DNA of 64,000 nt from an uncultured bacterium (GTDB taxonomy: Bacteria > Oederibacteriota > JAAXVQ01 > JAUVAV01): NCBI GenBank assembly GCA_963710755.1, contig CAVQBK010000003.1, positions 128,001 to 192,000 of the forward strand, in the 5' to 3' direction. The position numbers were made by a program, and so were the translations under genes. Under the pieces are notes generated by a model. The model did not search any database, was not told the DNA's origin, and saw only the letters and a list, made by a program, of their open reading frames with translations. Numbering within the stretch: position 1 is the stretch's first letter; every line of letters starts with the position of its first letter. Below are positions 40,287 through 49,474 of the stretch, piece after piece.

Positions 40287-41603
40287 TTAACGTCCTTTGT
40301 TACTTTGACTTTTTATCTTTTCGGCAGCCGCCCGGCCTGCCAACAGCGCATCTTCCATGGCTGAATATTCCCACTGCCCCCAGCGGCCGATGCTCAGCAC
40401 CTGATGGCGCGCCAGATAGTCAAGAACCGTTTTTCTGGCCTGATGATAGTGGCGGTCAAAGATCACGTAAGCATAGGGCAGGTATTGATAATGCTCCGCC
40501 TCAATGTCGTCATTCTCCTTGAGCAAGCCGGCCAGCATCAGATCTTGTTTGATGGTTTTGCCCCAATGAAAACGCTGGTCCCAACCCGTTCCTGCCGGCA
40601 AGGCCACTTCCACGTACAGGGCACTGCGTCCGGGTGGTGCTACATGACCAAAATTACCGGGAAAACCGACACGGTAAAACCTGTACTTCTTTTCCGGAAA
40701 ATAAAGCCAATGGGCATCATGCACCCGTGGCCGCTTAATACCCAGATTAAGGACCAACACAGAGTTCCAGTTGAGTTTTTGCGCGGCTGTTTTAATCCTG
40801 GCCGGTGCCGCCTGCAGACGCGCCACCAAGGCCGGCAAGGGCATGGTGGAGACCAAGGTTTGCCAGGACCGCTGCTCACCGCCTTTAATCGTTATGGTTT
40901 TGCGTTTCACATCAACCTGTTCTACGGGACTGGACAGCTGCAGATGATTGAGGTTTTTGGCCAGGGCCTGAGCCAGCTGTTCGATGCCGCCTTGGTGGGG
41001 ATAATAAAAGCTGGCATTGTAGCCCCCGCCGGCCTTGATTTCCTGAAAGGCACCCAAGAGCACCCGTTCCAGCTCCGGCCGGGGCATGAAGCGTCCCATC
41101 CACTCCAAGGTCAGACGGGAGGCAGGCACGGTCCATAATTTTTCATTGTAAGGAATGACAAACAAATCGGTAATGGAATCGCCGAAGGTCTGGCGGCTCC
41201 AGGCTTCAAAATGGGCGGGCTTGCTTTTTTTATCAGTGGTGGCGGCTTTTAGATAGTCCATCAATGCCTGCCCTTTGAGCGTTGGCGGCAAGGGGAATAA
41301 GTTGGCTTGAAAGGGATAGGCCCCTTCTTTGTTCAGGAGATGTATCCTGGCATCGCGTGCAACCAGCTGCCACGCCCCCGGACACAAGCGCTGCACCAGA
41401 CGGGTCATGGAGCTGGTGTTCAAATGCAGCAAGTGGCCGGCTTTGTCAAAGTGATAGCCCAGGACATGATCAGTGCTGCACTCACCGCCAACCTGCGCTT
41501 GGGCTTCCAATAGCTGGTAGCCGCTTTTTAGGTGGTAAGCGGTACTCAGGCCCGCCAAGCCGGCGCCAATAATGATAGTGGAAGCATGTGTTGGGCTGCT
41601 CAT
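40287..41603 (-). CDS. FAD-dependent oxidoreductase (HemY-like/UDP-galactopyranose-mutase-like) in a glycan locus
   Basis: IIGAGLAGLS, 'FDKAGHLLH', 'PYNEKLW', 'YAYVIFD', 'IGRWGQWEYSAME'. Confidence 0.85.
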   Translation of the reverse strand: MSSPTHASTIIIGAGLAGLSTAYHLKSGYQLLEAQAQVGGECSTDHVLGYHFDKAGHLLHLNTSSMTRLVQRLCPGAWQLVARDARIHLLNKEGAYPFQANLFPLPPTLKGQALMDYLKAATTDKKSKPAHFEAWSRQTFGDSITDLFVIPYNEKLWTVPASRLTLEWMGRFMPRPELERVLLGAFQEIKAGGGYNASFYYPHQGGIEQLAQALAKNLNHLQLSSPVEQVDVKRKTITIKGGEQRSWQTLVSTMPLPALVARLQAAPARIKTAAQKLNWNSVLVLNLGIKRPRVHDAHWLYFPEKKYRFYRVGFPGNFGHVAPPGRSALYVEVALPAGTGWDQRFHWGKTIKQDLMLAGLLKENDDIEAEHYQYLPYAYVIFDRHYHQARKTVLDYLARHQVLSIGRWGQWEYSAMEDALLAGRAAAEKIKSQSNKGR

Positions 41604-41606
41604 GAG

Positions 41607-42608
41607 TTACTCCATGCGAAAACTGCCCATGCGCTCAGCCACAAACAAGGCTACCAGCGCACAAGCCAGATAAATCAGCAGGGCCCATTGCACGGCCACA
41701 TGAATGCTGAGCAAGGCCAGCAGCCCCAGGCTCGCTCCCACCGCCCATAGGATCAATACCGTCTGGCGTTTGCTCAAGCCCAGCCTCACCATGCGCAAAG
41801 CCAGATGATCTGGACTGCCGCGAAACATGGATTTGCCCTGACGGTGGCGCAAGAACATGATAAAGAGCGTATCGAAAATCGGTACGGCCAGAATTAAAAA
41901 AGGACTGAGCACCGCGACAGGATTGGTTTTGGAATAATCTTCGCCCATGGCAATGGACGCCAGCACAAACCCCATCATGAGCGCGCCCGTGTCACCCAGA
42001 TAAATTTTGGCCTTGGGAAAGTTGTAGGGCAAAAATCCCAATACCGCGCCGCCCAGAGCGGCCATGATATACATATCGTTGATCCGCCCGTTTTGCACGG
42101 CAATGATAAAAAACAAGCTGCCGGCAATGATGGTAACGCCCGAGGACAAGCCGTCCATGATATCAATCAGATTCATGGCATTGGTTACGAATACCACCCA
42201 TAAGATGGTGAAGATCACCGCCAGCTCGGGCTGATGGATAAATTCCAATTTCATATTGCAGATGATCAGCACAATGGCCGCTACGATCTGACCGGCAAAT
42301 TTTACCATGGGCGTTAACTGGACCTTATCATCGATGAGGCCAAGAAACACGATCAGGCTCGTGCCCAGGCTCACGCCCACCACGCCGCTGACGGAGCTCT
42401 GATTCCAGAATTTAAACACCACCAACGCCAGCATAAAGGCCAGATAAACAGCCAAGCCGCCCAGATAGGGGGTAGGTTGGCTGTGCCGTTTTAGGTGGTC
42501 GTCAGGATGATCGACAATGCCCAAGCGCCGGGCCAGGCTTGCCGCCAGAGGAGTAAATAAAAGGCTGAGGCCAAAGGCCACCAGGGCAATCCAGAGGCTA
42601 ACCATCAT
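41607..42608 (-). CDS. Undecaprenyl-phosphate GlcNAc-1-phosphate transferase (WecA/TagO, MraY family)
   Basis: 'PTPYLGGLA', 'GLIDD', 'NAMNLIDIMDGL', 'YNFPKAKIYLGDTG'. Confidence 0.93.
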   Translation of the reverse strand: MMVSLWIALVAFGLSLLFTPLAASLARRLGIVDHPDDHLKRHSQPTPYLGGLAVYLAFMLALVVFKFWNQSSVSGVVGVSLGTSLIVFLGLIDDKVQLTPMVKFAGQIVAAIVLIICNMKLEFIHQPELAVIFTILWVVFVTNAMNLIDIMDGLSSGVTIIAGSLFFIIAVQNGRINDMYIMAALGGAVLGFLPYNFPKAKIYLGDTGALMMGFVLASIAMGEDYSKTNPVAVLSPFLILAVPIFDTLFIMFLRHRQGKSMFRGSPDHLALRMVRLGLSKRQTVLILWAVGASLGLLALLSIHVAVQWALLIYLACALVALFVAERMGSFRME

Positions 42609-42730
42609 GGTGTGCTCCTGTGTTGTTCTCCGCGCTGGTTGCCGAGCTTACCCAAGATACGCTGTCCCCTAGGCAGCTTCGGGCGGGCTTTGCACTTGAT
42701 CCGACTGGCTCAGCCAACAGCTCCACGAGC

Positions 42731-44014
42731 TTAATCATGCACTCTCCTTATCCGCAACACCTTGCGCTTTTTTATTTTCTCCACCGTGCTGCCCGGCTGA
42801 CTGCTGTCTTTGACCTGGCCGGCAGCTTCCAGTTTGCCGTACAACCGGTGAAGCTGACCGGCCGCCACGGACCAATCATACTGATCCCGGGACAGGGTTA
42901 ACGCAGCCTGGCGCAAGCGGTCTGCCAAGGCATTGTCCTGCAGCAACCGCACGACCTGGTCGGCAAAACCTTGCGCATCATCAGCAGCCAGAAGATGCTG
43001 TTCTGGCACAGCATCCAGGTTAGCGGCCACCACCGTGGTGGTCACAGCCGGCAAACCGGCTGCAAAATATTCAATGACTTTAAACTGACGGCCTGAGGCC
43101 ACGGCCACCGGGCAAATACCTACGCGGGCTTCTTGCAAAGCGGCTTTGAGATTCTCCACAGGCCCCACAAACCGGGCGCCGGGATAACGGCTATGGGATT
43201 GCGTCTTAGTCCCTCGTGGGGGCTGACCTATCACGGTCAGCGTGGCCTGGGGCACCTGCTTTTTAATCATAGACCAGCAGTGGCGGCAAAACCACCGCAA
43301 ACCCTGTTGGTTGGGCAGATAAGCCATGTTGGCCACGAAGAGTACATGGGGGCTTGTAGTCCTAGGCGCAGGCTGGCGAAAAGCGTCTGTATCCACGCCA
43401 TTGGTGACGATCTCGATCCAGGGGGCGCTGCCCTGGCGCAGAATGATCTCCTGGTCATGGGGCGAGGACACCAGACACAAGTCCATGTAGTCCGATACAT
43501 AGGGCTCGTATTTTTTCAATCGTTTGAGTTCATGCCTAATATACCCGGCCTTGAGCCAGGAGTGGTTTTCCTTTTGCCGGTTCTGAAAATACCTGGTCAT
43601 GGAATCCGTATAATCCAACACGCGGTACACACCCCGGCTCTGCAGGGCATAGGGGGCCATGCGCAAGCGGTAGGCATGGATCGCGTCCACGGCATAGCGC
43701 TGTACCAGTTCCCTGACCTGGGCATGCATGACCCTTTTCTGAAAGACCGCCACATTCAATGGTTTGGCACCAAACCAATGCCAGCAAGCCTTGGCCACCA
43801 ATTCCCTATGGCTGATGGGCACACTATGCACGGACGCGCAATACGCTTTCATTGCCTGCAACGCCTGCTCTTCACTGCGGTCACGCACAAAGCAGCAAAG
43901 ATGTACTGTATGTTTTTCGGATAAAGCTTTTAGTAAATGAAAGGCCCGCTGCCGGTCCCCGTCGAGCAGGGGATAGGGCACCAGCGGCGCCAGGTATAAG
44001 ATGTTCATGATCAT
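42731..44014 (-). CDS. GT4 glycosyltransferase (TIGR03087-like)
   Basis: Start set near 44014 (MIMNILYLAPLVPYPLLDGDRQR); 'NGVD', 'NMAYLPN', 'GRQFKVIE'. Confidence 0.88.
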   Translation of the reverse strand: MIMNILYLAPLVPYPLLDGDRQRAFHLLKALSEKHTVHLCCFVRDRSEEQALQAMKAYCASVHSVPISHRELVAKACWHWFGAKPLNVAVFQKRVMHAQVRELVQRYAVDAIHAYRLRMAPYALQSRGVYRVLDYTDSMTRYFQNRQKENHSWLKAGYIRHELKRLKKYEPYVSDYMDLCLVSSPHDQEIILRQGSAPWIEIVTNGVDTDAFRQPAPRTTSPHVLFVANMAYLPNQQGLRWFCRHCWSMIKKQVPQATLTVIGQPPRGTKTQSHSRYPGARFVGPVENLKAALQEARVGICPVAVASGRQFKVIEYFAAGLPAVTTTVVAANLDAVPEQHLLAADDAQGFADQVVRLLQDNALADRLRQAALTLSRDQYDWSVAAGQLHRLYGKLEAAGQVKDSSQPGSTVEKIKKRKVLRIRRVHD

Positions 44015-44226
44015 CCTTGCCGGTAAATAATGGCTACGATTATACGGATTTTTGTCTTTAAAACCTAGGGCTAAATGGAAAGACCAACAGCAGGTTGTTC
44101 TTTTATTTCTGCTTACCCCTATCCTTAGGTTGGTTAGGATCAACCCTGGCGATTATATCTTTCTTTGCCTCAGTAAACAATTATGGCATAATGCAGGACC
44201 ACTAAACTCATAGGAGGGATGAACTA

Positions 44227-44874
44227 GTGAAAAAAATTTTTATTGCCATGCTGATGATGACCGTTTTCTTGTGCTCCTTTACCTGGGAAAGTCAGGCCGC
44301 TAAAAACAGGAGAGTCAGCTACGAACCTGCCCCCAAGCACAGTATTTCCATTGATCCAATTGCACCATTACTTACCCCGGTTTTTCCTATTGAATATGAA
44401 TACACCCTGGACAAAAATCACACCATTGCCGGACGTCTGGGTTTGGGTGGATGGAGCGTTGGTGGCTGGAGCACGTCGGTCTTCAGTGTGGGCGGCAGCT
44501 ATCGTTTTTTTAATGTCATCCAAGGCCTGAAGGACAATAAAGTCACCCCGGCAGGACTCTGGTTCGGACCGGCGGTGGATCTCATGATGGTGAGCTCCAC
44601 TTATTCCTACAACACTCTGGAATGGGATCCAAACTTATTGATCTATCGTACGGTCACGGTGGAGGATTCAGGCAGCTCGGTTTTCTTCTCATTGGGCGGT
44701 GAGGCCGGTTATGAATGGCTGTTTAAAGATGCCCTGGGTAAAGGTGTTCATCTTACGGTTTCGCCTTCACTCTATCTGGGATACACCATCGGCGGCCTGG
44801 ATTTGGGTAATACTTCCCTGGCCTTTGGTGGCTTTGGCATTGGCTTGGGGACCTCGGTGGGTGTGGCCTTTTAA
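44227..44874 (+). CDS. Secreted/outer-membrane beta-barrel-like protein (DUF3575-like)
   Basis: GGAGG RBS, signal peptide, 'IEYEY', 'GGSYRFF', 'GGEAGYEWLF', C-terminal 'VGVAF'. Confidence 0.7.
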   Translation: MKKIFIAMLMMTVFLCSFTWESQAAKNRRVSYEPAPKHSISIDPIAPLLTPVFPIEYEYTLDKNHTIAGRLGLGGWSVGGWSTSVFSVGGSYRFFNVIQGLKDNKVTPAGLWFGPAVDLMMVSSTYSYNTLEWDPNLLIYRTVTVEDSGSSVFFSLGGEAGYEWLFKDALGKGVHLTVSPSLYLGYTIGGLDLGNTSLAFGGFGIGLGTSVGVAF

Positions 44875-44951
44875 TAGGTCCCCGGCTATTCCCCTGTTAT
44901 GCACGGGGGAGAATGATCTTTCTCCAGGCGTATTAAACTACCCCGTCCTAA

Positions 44952-45121
44952 GAGATTGTGTTGCAACGCTTACTAATCCCTTCTCCCCTCATCAGAGGAG
45001 AGAAGGTGCTGGATGAGGGGTTACAATAGTGTTTTTTTAAATCCTTTTAAATGGTCCCCTCACCCCAACCCTCTCCCCACGAAAGCGGGGAGAGGGGATC
45101 TTGAGGTTGTGACACAGTCTC
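44952..45121. mobile_element. 170-bp MITE with 16-bp imperfect TIRs and TAA target duplication
   Basis: TAA|GAGATTGTGTTGCAAC ... GTTGTGACACAGTCTC|TAA (13/16 match); two inverted CCCTCTCCCC-type hairpin repeats inside. Confidence 0.8.
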
Positions 45122-45160
45122 TAAATGACGGGGTATTTTATTTGGAGCTGCATTGCTTTT

Positions 45161-46504
45161 TCAGCTCCAAAAACTCAGGATTACACCCACCATTAAAAAC
45201 AAAGCATAACGCAGGTATAAACGGATGGAATTTAAGGGATACGGATGGGTGACTGCGTTTAGCCGGATAGCTTCTGCCGTAGCTCCGCTGGTGTTCATTT
45301 CATACAAACAATGCAGACCAAAGGGCAGACTCAACACCACCAGGGCTGCGGGATAAAGACGCGGCTGTAAACCAATGACCGCTGCCACCAGCACATAAGG
45401 CAGTATCAAAAAAAGACTATAAAGCCTGCGGGCAGGGTTAAGTCCAATCCGCAGGGGCAAGGTGATGAACCCGTTTTGCTGGTCATCAGCCATATCACGC
45501 AGGTTGTTGGCTAAAGTCACGGAGCCCACCAGCAAGCCCAACCCGAGCGACAATAAAAAGGCCACCCACTCCAGGCTTTGGGTCTGGGCATAATAAGCGC
45601 CCAGCACCATAAGCGGACCCATAAGCATGGATGTCAGGCCTTCACCAAGACCACGATACTTCATGGCCCACGGCCCGGCCGTGTAGGACGCGCCCCCTGC
45701 CATGCCGATGATCCCGAAGACCAGGATGCCCCAGCCCACTTTATAAATAAGATAAAGCCCGGCCAGGGCTGTAATCCCAAAGCAGGCCAAGGCTGCGGCC
45801 AGGATGACGCCGGGCGTGATCAGCTCCTGTACCAGCACGCCCGTGTGTGATGACAACGCCCCTGGGGTGTCATACCCTTTTTTAAAATCATTATAGTCAC
45901 TGAGCAAATTGGTGGCCAAATGAGCTGCCAGACCGCCCAGTAGCGCAGCCATAAAGATAACCCCATCAAAGACGTGGTGGCGCGCGGCCAGCAAACTGCC
46001 CAACAGCACGGGCACCACGGACATGGGTGCCGACACAATCCTGCTGGCCCGGAGCCAGAACTTAACCCATGACATGGATGCAGGCTTCGCGGAAGCCTCT
46101 TGCCAGCCTTGCTTGGAAAGCTCCATCACTTTTGGCTCCATAGGCAACGGCATGGACACAGAGATGCGGTAAGGACGAAGTACTACGATCTTTTCTCCCA
46201 AGCGGGTGCGCACCTCATCAGGAATTTTGTCTTGCGTCAGCACCTGCGCCACCGCCTGGCCTTCCACCTGATGGTCGGGGCTGCCGGTAATAAACCCTGC
46301 CCTGGGGTTTTTGGTGATGGCCGTTGCCAAGTCCGGATTATCCATGCGGCAGTAAAGCTCAAGACCACGGGCTGCCATGGGAACCATGGCCTGCCGCAAA
46401 TGAAGGTTAAACGCAGCCACTGTAAGCCACGACTGTTGCTCCAATTGCCGGATGATGTCCTCCATAGTGACTTGCATGTATTCCCTCATTTCCCTTATAT
46501 CCAT
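45161..46504 (-). CDS. MenA/UbiA-family prenyltransferase with a ~140-aa N-terminal extra domain
   Basis: 'TNLLSDYNDFKKGYD', 'YTAGP..MKYRGLGE', 'ANNLRDMADD...TLP' MenA motifs. Confidence 0.88.
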   Translation of the reverse strand: MDIREMREYMQVTMEDIIRQLEQQSWLTVAAFNLHLRQAMVPMAARGLELYCRMDNPDLATAITKNPRAGFITGSPDHQVEGQAVAQVLTQDKIPDEVRTRLGEKIVVLRPYRISVSMPLPMEPKVMELSKQGWQEASAKPASMSWVKFWLRASRIVSAPMSVVPVLLGSLLAARHHVFDGVIFMAALLGGLAAHLATNLLSDYNDFKKGYDTPGALSSHTGVLVQELITPGVILAAALACFGITALAGLYLIYKVGWGILVFGIIGMAGGASYTAGPWAMKYRGLGEGLTSMLMGPLMVLGAYYAQTQSLEWVAFLLSLGLGLLVGSVTLANNLRDMADDQQNGFITLPLRIGLNPARRLYSLFLILPYVLVAAVIGLQPRLYPAALVVLSLPFGLHCLYEMNTSGATAEAIRLNAVTHPYPLNSIRLYLRYALFLMVGVILSFWS

Positions 46505-46710
46505 GGGCTATTTAAAGCACTGTGTTGGAGTATTGTACACGGAACCCCGGCTAAAACAAGTACCAAGGCCTTAGTTTTGAAATGAAATAATCTGCTTGTT
46601 GAAAATAATTTATCCCCCCCGCCAAATAGTGTTTTGCGCCCATGCTTAAATTAACTACTCGTTTTCTAGTGATCATTGGCGTTTAAATTAATTATGGGGA
46701 GGCCTGGGCT

Positions 46711-47100
46711 ATGATGAGAGGATTGTTATTTTTGGAGACCGGAAGTCATCATCGCTTGCGGTTGCAAGCCTGCAGTCCGGCTGTGCTCATAAGCTTTTTT
46801 TACTGCCCCTTATAACCTGGGCTTTTGAACCAGGTCTCTATAAGAGGGCATCTTCGCTCCCAACCTTAACTATCCGGGCCGGGTCATTGACATATCCTGC
46901 CAACGAGCTTCCGTAAACCGAGTCTTTCCAGGCCGGGACAAAACCGTCGTCTGTATTCAGGATTTGCATTGCAATTTTGGAATTTAAAAAATATTGTCGC
47001 CATCATCGATAACTTGGTCTAAAAGCAGGGATTGTGTCTGGTGGCCTTGTAAGGTATCGGTGGGCCGATGGATCCTGGTTTGCTCCTTCAGGAACATGAT
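46711..47100 (+). pseudogene. Remnant of the N-terminus of an Elusimicrobiota/Omnitrophota-type giant protein
   Basis: GGGAGG RBS and ATG 46711; 'ITWAFEPGLY', then 'KTVVCIQDLHCNFGI*K/(frameshift)NIVAIIDNLV*KQGLCLVAL*GIGGPMD' with three TAA stops. Confidence 0.65.
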
Positions 47101-47213
47101 CGGCAATGATCTGGTCAAGCAGGGACAATTAAGTGGCGGCGACTATTACACAGCTATTGGTGGCTGGCAGCTTTTATTTCAACTGACTTAAGACGGTTAA
47201 AGCCCACTTAACT

Positions 47214-47429
47214 TCATTGGCCTATTAATTTCTTAGCCTCATCTGCATCATTGGGATATAACGTGGCCGGCACTTTGTCTGCGCCAAGTGCTGTCGAGAC
47301 TTTAAACCGGGCACAATCTTGATAATTTTTTAAGCAATATTGATTTTTATAACTTTTAGACATAGCCGGCATATTTTTCATTTTATCGTTAAAAAAAATA
47401 CAGGTCTTTAATTTAGGACATTCTTGCAT
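47214..47429 (-). CDS. Small 4-Cys protein (71 aa), possibly metal-binding
   Basis: GGAGG RBS; 'ECPKLKTCIFFNDKM...YCLKNYQDCAR...VPATLYPN'. Confidence 0.8.
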   Translation of the reverse strand: MQECPKLKTCIFFNDKMKNMPAMSKSYKNQYCLKNYQDCARFKVSTALGADKVPATLYPNDADEAKKLIGQ

Positions 47430-47619
47430 TTTGCACCTCCTGGAAAACGGCGTACTTCCTTCTTGATAGCCTGATTACTCTACCTTAAATGATCGGCATT
47501 TTTGAGGATGCCTAAAATCACCTATACATTAAATTATGTCATCATTCCACGGCAAAAGGTGCCGGCCAATTTTTATAAATCCTTTCTTCGCGCAGGGTCC
47601 ACGGACCGGTCAAGCAGCA

Positions 47620-47860
47620 GCTTTCTTGGCATTCATTTAATCAGCCCGATTTTTCTACCTTTAACCGCTCCCTCTCACCGCCTGCCCGGGCGATAATCCC
47701 AAAACAACCCAAGGCCGCAACAACACGATTCTTTTCCCAGGCCCGCTGCACAGCTCGGGGGGAATCTTATCTTGCACCAGCACCTGCACCATTGCTTGGC
47801 CTTCCACCTGATGCGGTTGGCGCAATGGTTGAGTTAGCGCCTCCATCGTGACATTCATCC
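47620..47860 (-). pseudogene. Degenerate, internally deleted copy of the 5' end of the MenA-like gene
   Basis: MNVTMEALTQPLRQ-[~53 codons missing]-HQVEGQAMVQVLVQDKIPPELCSGPGKRIVLLRP versus MQVTMEDIIRQLEQ...HQVEGQAVAQVLTQDKIPDEVRTRLGEKIVVLRP. Confidence 0.88.
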
Positions 47861-48096
47861 GGTTTCCCAATTAAAAAGCTTTCTTCCATCAGTGCTAAAA
47901 GAAGCCGTGGCACACTATTCGAACCACCTAAAGCCGAAATTAATACTATTTCTCACGTCTACCCTGGCGGGCACCAGCTCATGATAACTATCGCCACCGC
48001 TTAAGATATTACTTTGAAAAGGACGCCGCCGGCGTCTTACAAAAGTCTCTCTTGGAGACACAGAATCTAGAAGCCCCAAGTGTAGATTCTGGATGA

Positions 48097-49245
48097 TTAC
48101 CAGGATACGCGTTTTTTAAAATTAGTTTTTAAGGTTTCAAGATCAGAAGGTAATGTCGGCATGGCATTAAAGGCATTATTCATATTTTCAAGACTTTGGG
48201 CAGCCATGCGGTATTTGCTAAAGGCGCGTTTTACCAAGGTGGAACATTGTTGACGGGCGTAAATGGCTTTGTTCAAAGCACTGCTCTGTTCATACCAATT
48301 GGTCAAATCCTTAAAAACAAAAATAAGTTTTTCAATAGGATGATTAGCCGAGGTTGTCGACAAATCAACGTCGGCGACATACTTAAAGGGCTCGGTTTTC
48401 ATCCCCCGGCTGTTAAGTCGTTTGGTACCTTCATAAGCCTTAGGGCTCCAGGTGGCAGGATCTGCCAAAAATTCAGCCATGGCATAGGTTAAATAATCTC
48501 TAATCGTTGGATTGGAGCCAAAGACAACGTTCCAGTATTCGAAATAGGGCACATAGGGATCGTACGTTTCCCTACCAAAATTTCCACGATGCTGCCAGGC
48601 TTGCTCGAAATCTTTCTGGCAAGCCTCAATGAACCGGGTTGTGGTCCAGGAGCGAAAATCTTTGAAGTCAGCGGTCGCCGGATTTTGAGCAATGACGTAA
48701 GCATTGGCTTGAAAATAATGTCGCAAACAATAAGCACGTACCATGATCAGCATCGCCCGTAAGTCATCATCCGCAGGCATAGGCGATTGATACAATAGAT
48801 CCAAACTGGATTCATAGTCATGTCCATTTTGAATATGCAGTCTTACCGAGGTTAATAATGCCTTCGTAAGGTTATCATCATCGTGGTGTTGTTGCGCATT
48901 TTGGCGTATGAGGTCCAAGGATTCCAGGGCTGGTTTAAATTCAACCTCCTCAATATAATCATTAACATCTTGCCATAGTTGCGCCATATCCACAGCCTCA
49001 GGTGTCGGAGATGCTGGCGATGAGCTATCCGGATTTTGGGATGTCTCCTGATTGGTGCTGTCTGTTGCTGTTGATAAAGATTCATCTTCTGATGGATCAG
49101 AAGATGGTGACATGGTGGCCAATGATTTCAGCCCCGAGCCGCTCGGTGTAACCGCCACCACCGCGGATGCAGCATCAGCATAGGTGCCCATCGGAACATG
49201 GACAAGCGCAGATACAATGAATGCCGTGCTTAACAGTTTGATCAC
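48097..49245 (-). CDS. Secreted helical protein resembling the N-terminal region of bacterial alpha-2-macroglobulins
   Basis: Signal peptide, Ser-rich linker, 'LWQDV...IRQNAQ...TKALL...SWT...PTIRDYLTY.MAEFLAD..TWSP'; similarity recognised from memory only. Confidence 0.55.
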   Translation of the reverse strand: MIKLLSTAFIVSALVHVPMGTYADAASAVVAVTPSGSGLKSLATMSPSSDPSEDESLSTATDSTNQETSQNPDSSSPASPTPEAVDMAQLWQDVNDYIEEVEFKPALESLDLIRQNAQQHHDDDNLTKALLTSVRLHIQNGHDYESSLDLLYQSPMPADDDLRAMLIMVRAYCLRHYFQANAYVIAQNPATADFKDFRSWTTTRFIEACQKDFEQAWQHRGNFGRETYDPYVPYFEYWNVVFGSNPTIRDYLTYAMAEFLADPATWSPKAYEGTKRLNSRGMKTEPFKYVADVDLSTTSANHPIEKLIFVFKDLTNWYEQSSALNKAIYARQQCSTLVKRAFSKYRMAAQSLENMNNAFNAMPTLPSDLETLKTNFKKRVSW

Positions 49246-49474
49246 AGGGCGATCCTTTTTTATAATTGGTTAGTAACCCTCGGGTTTGCTCGCTTTCACA
49301 TCGACTATATCACACCATCGTTTAACTCGTCCTCTTGATCTCCATGTCCTTCTTTGTATCACAACCAGCAAGGGTCTTCAAGAAAAGAGAAGCTTCCGGT
49401 CTCGCTTCTCATTGCTTCCAGGAAGGTGTGCTTTTATCCGGCGGCAACCGGCAAAGAGGTTGGTTAAGCCGGCC

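Noticed and set aside
46940-47060. TAA reassigned to Gln/Glu (alternative genetic code) in the broken ORF
   Set aside because: Many intact genes in the window end in TAA, and the remnant also needs a frameshift
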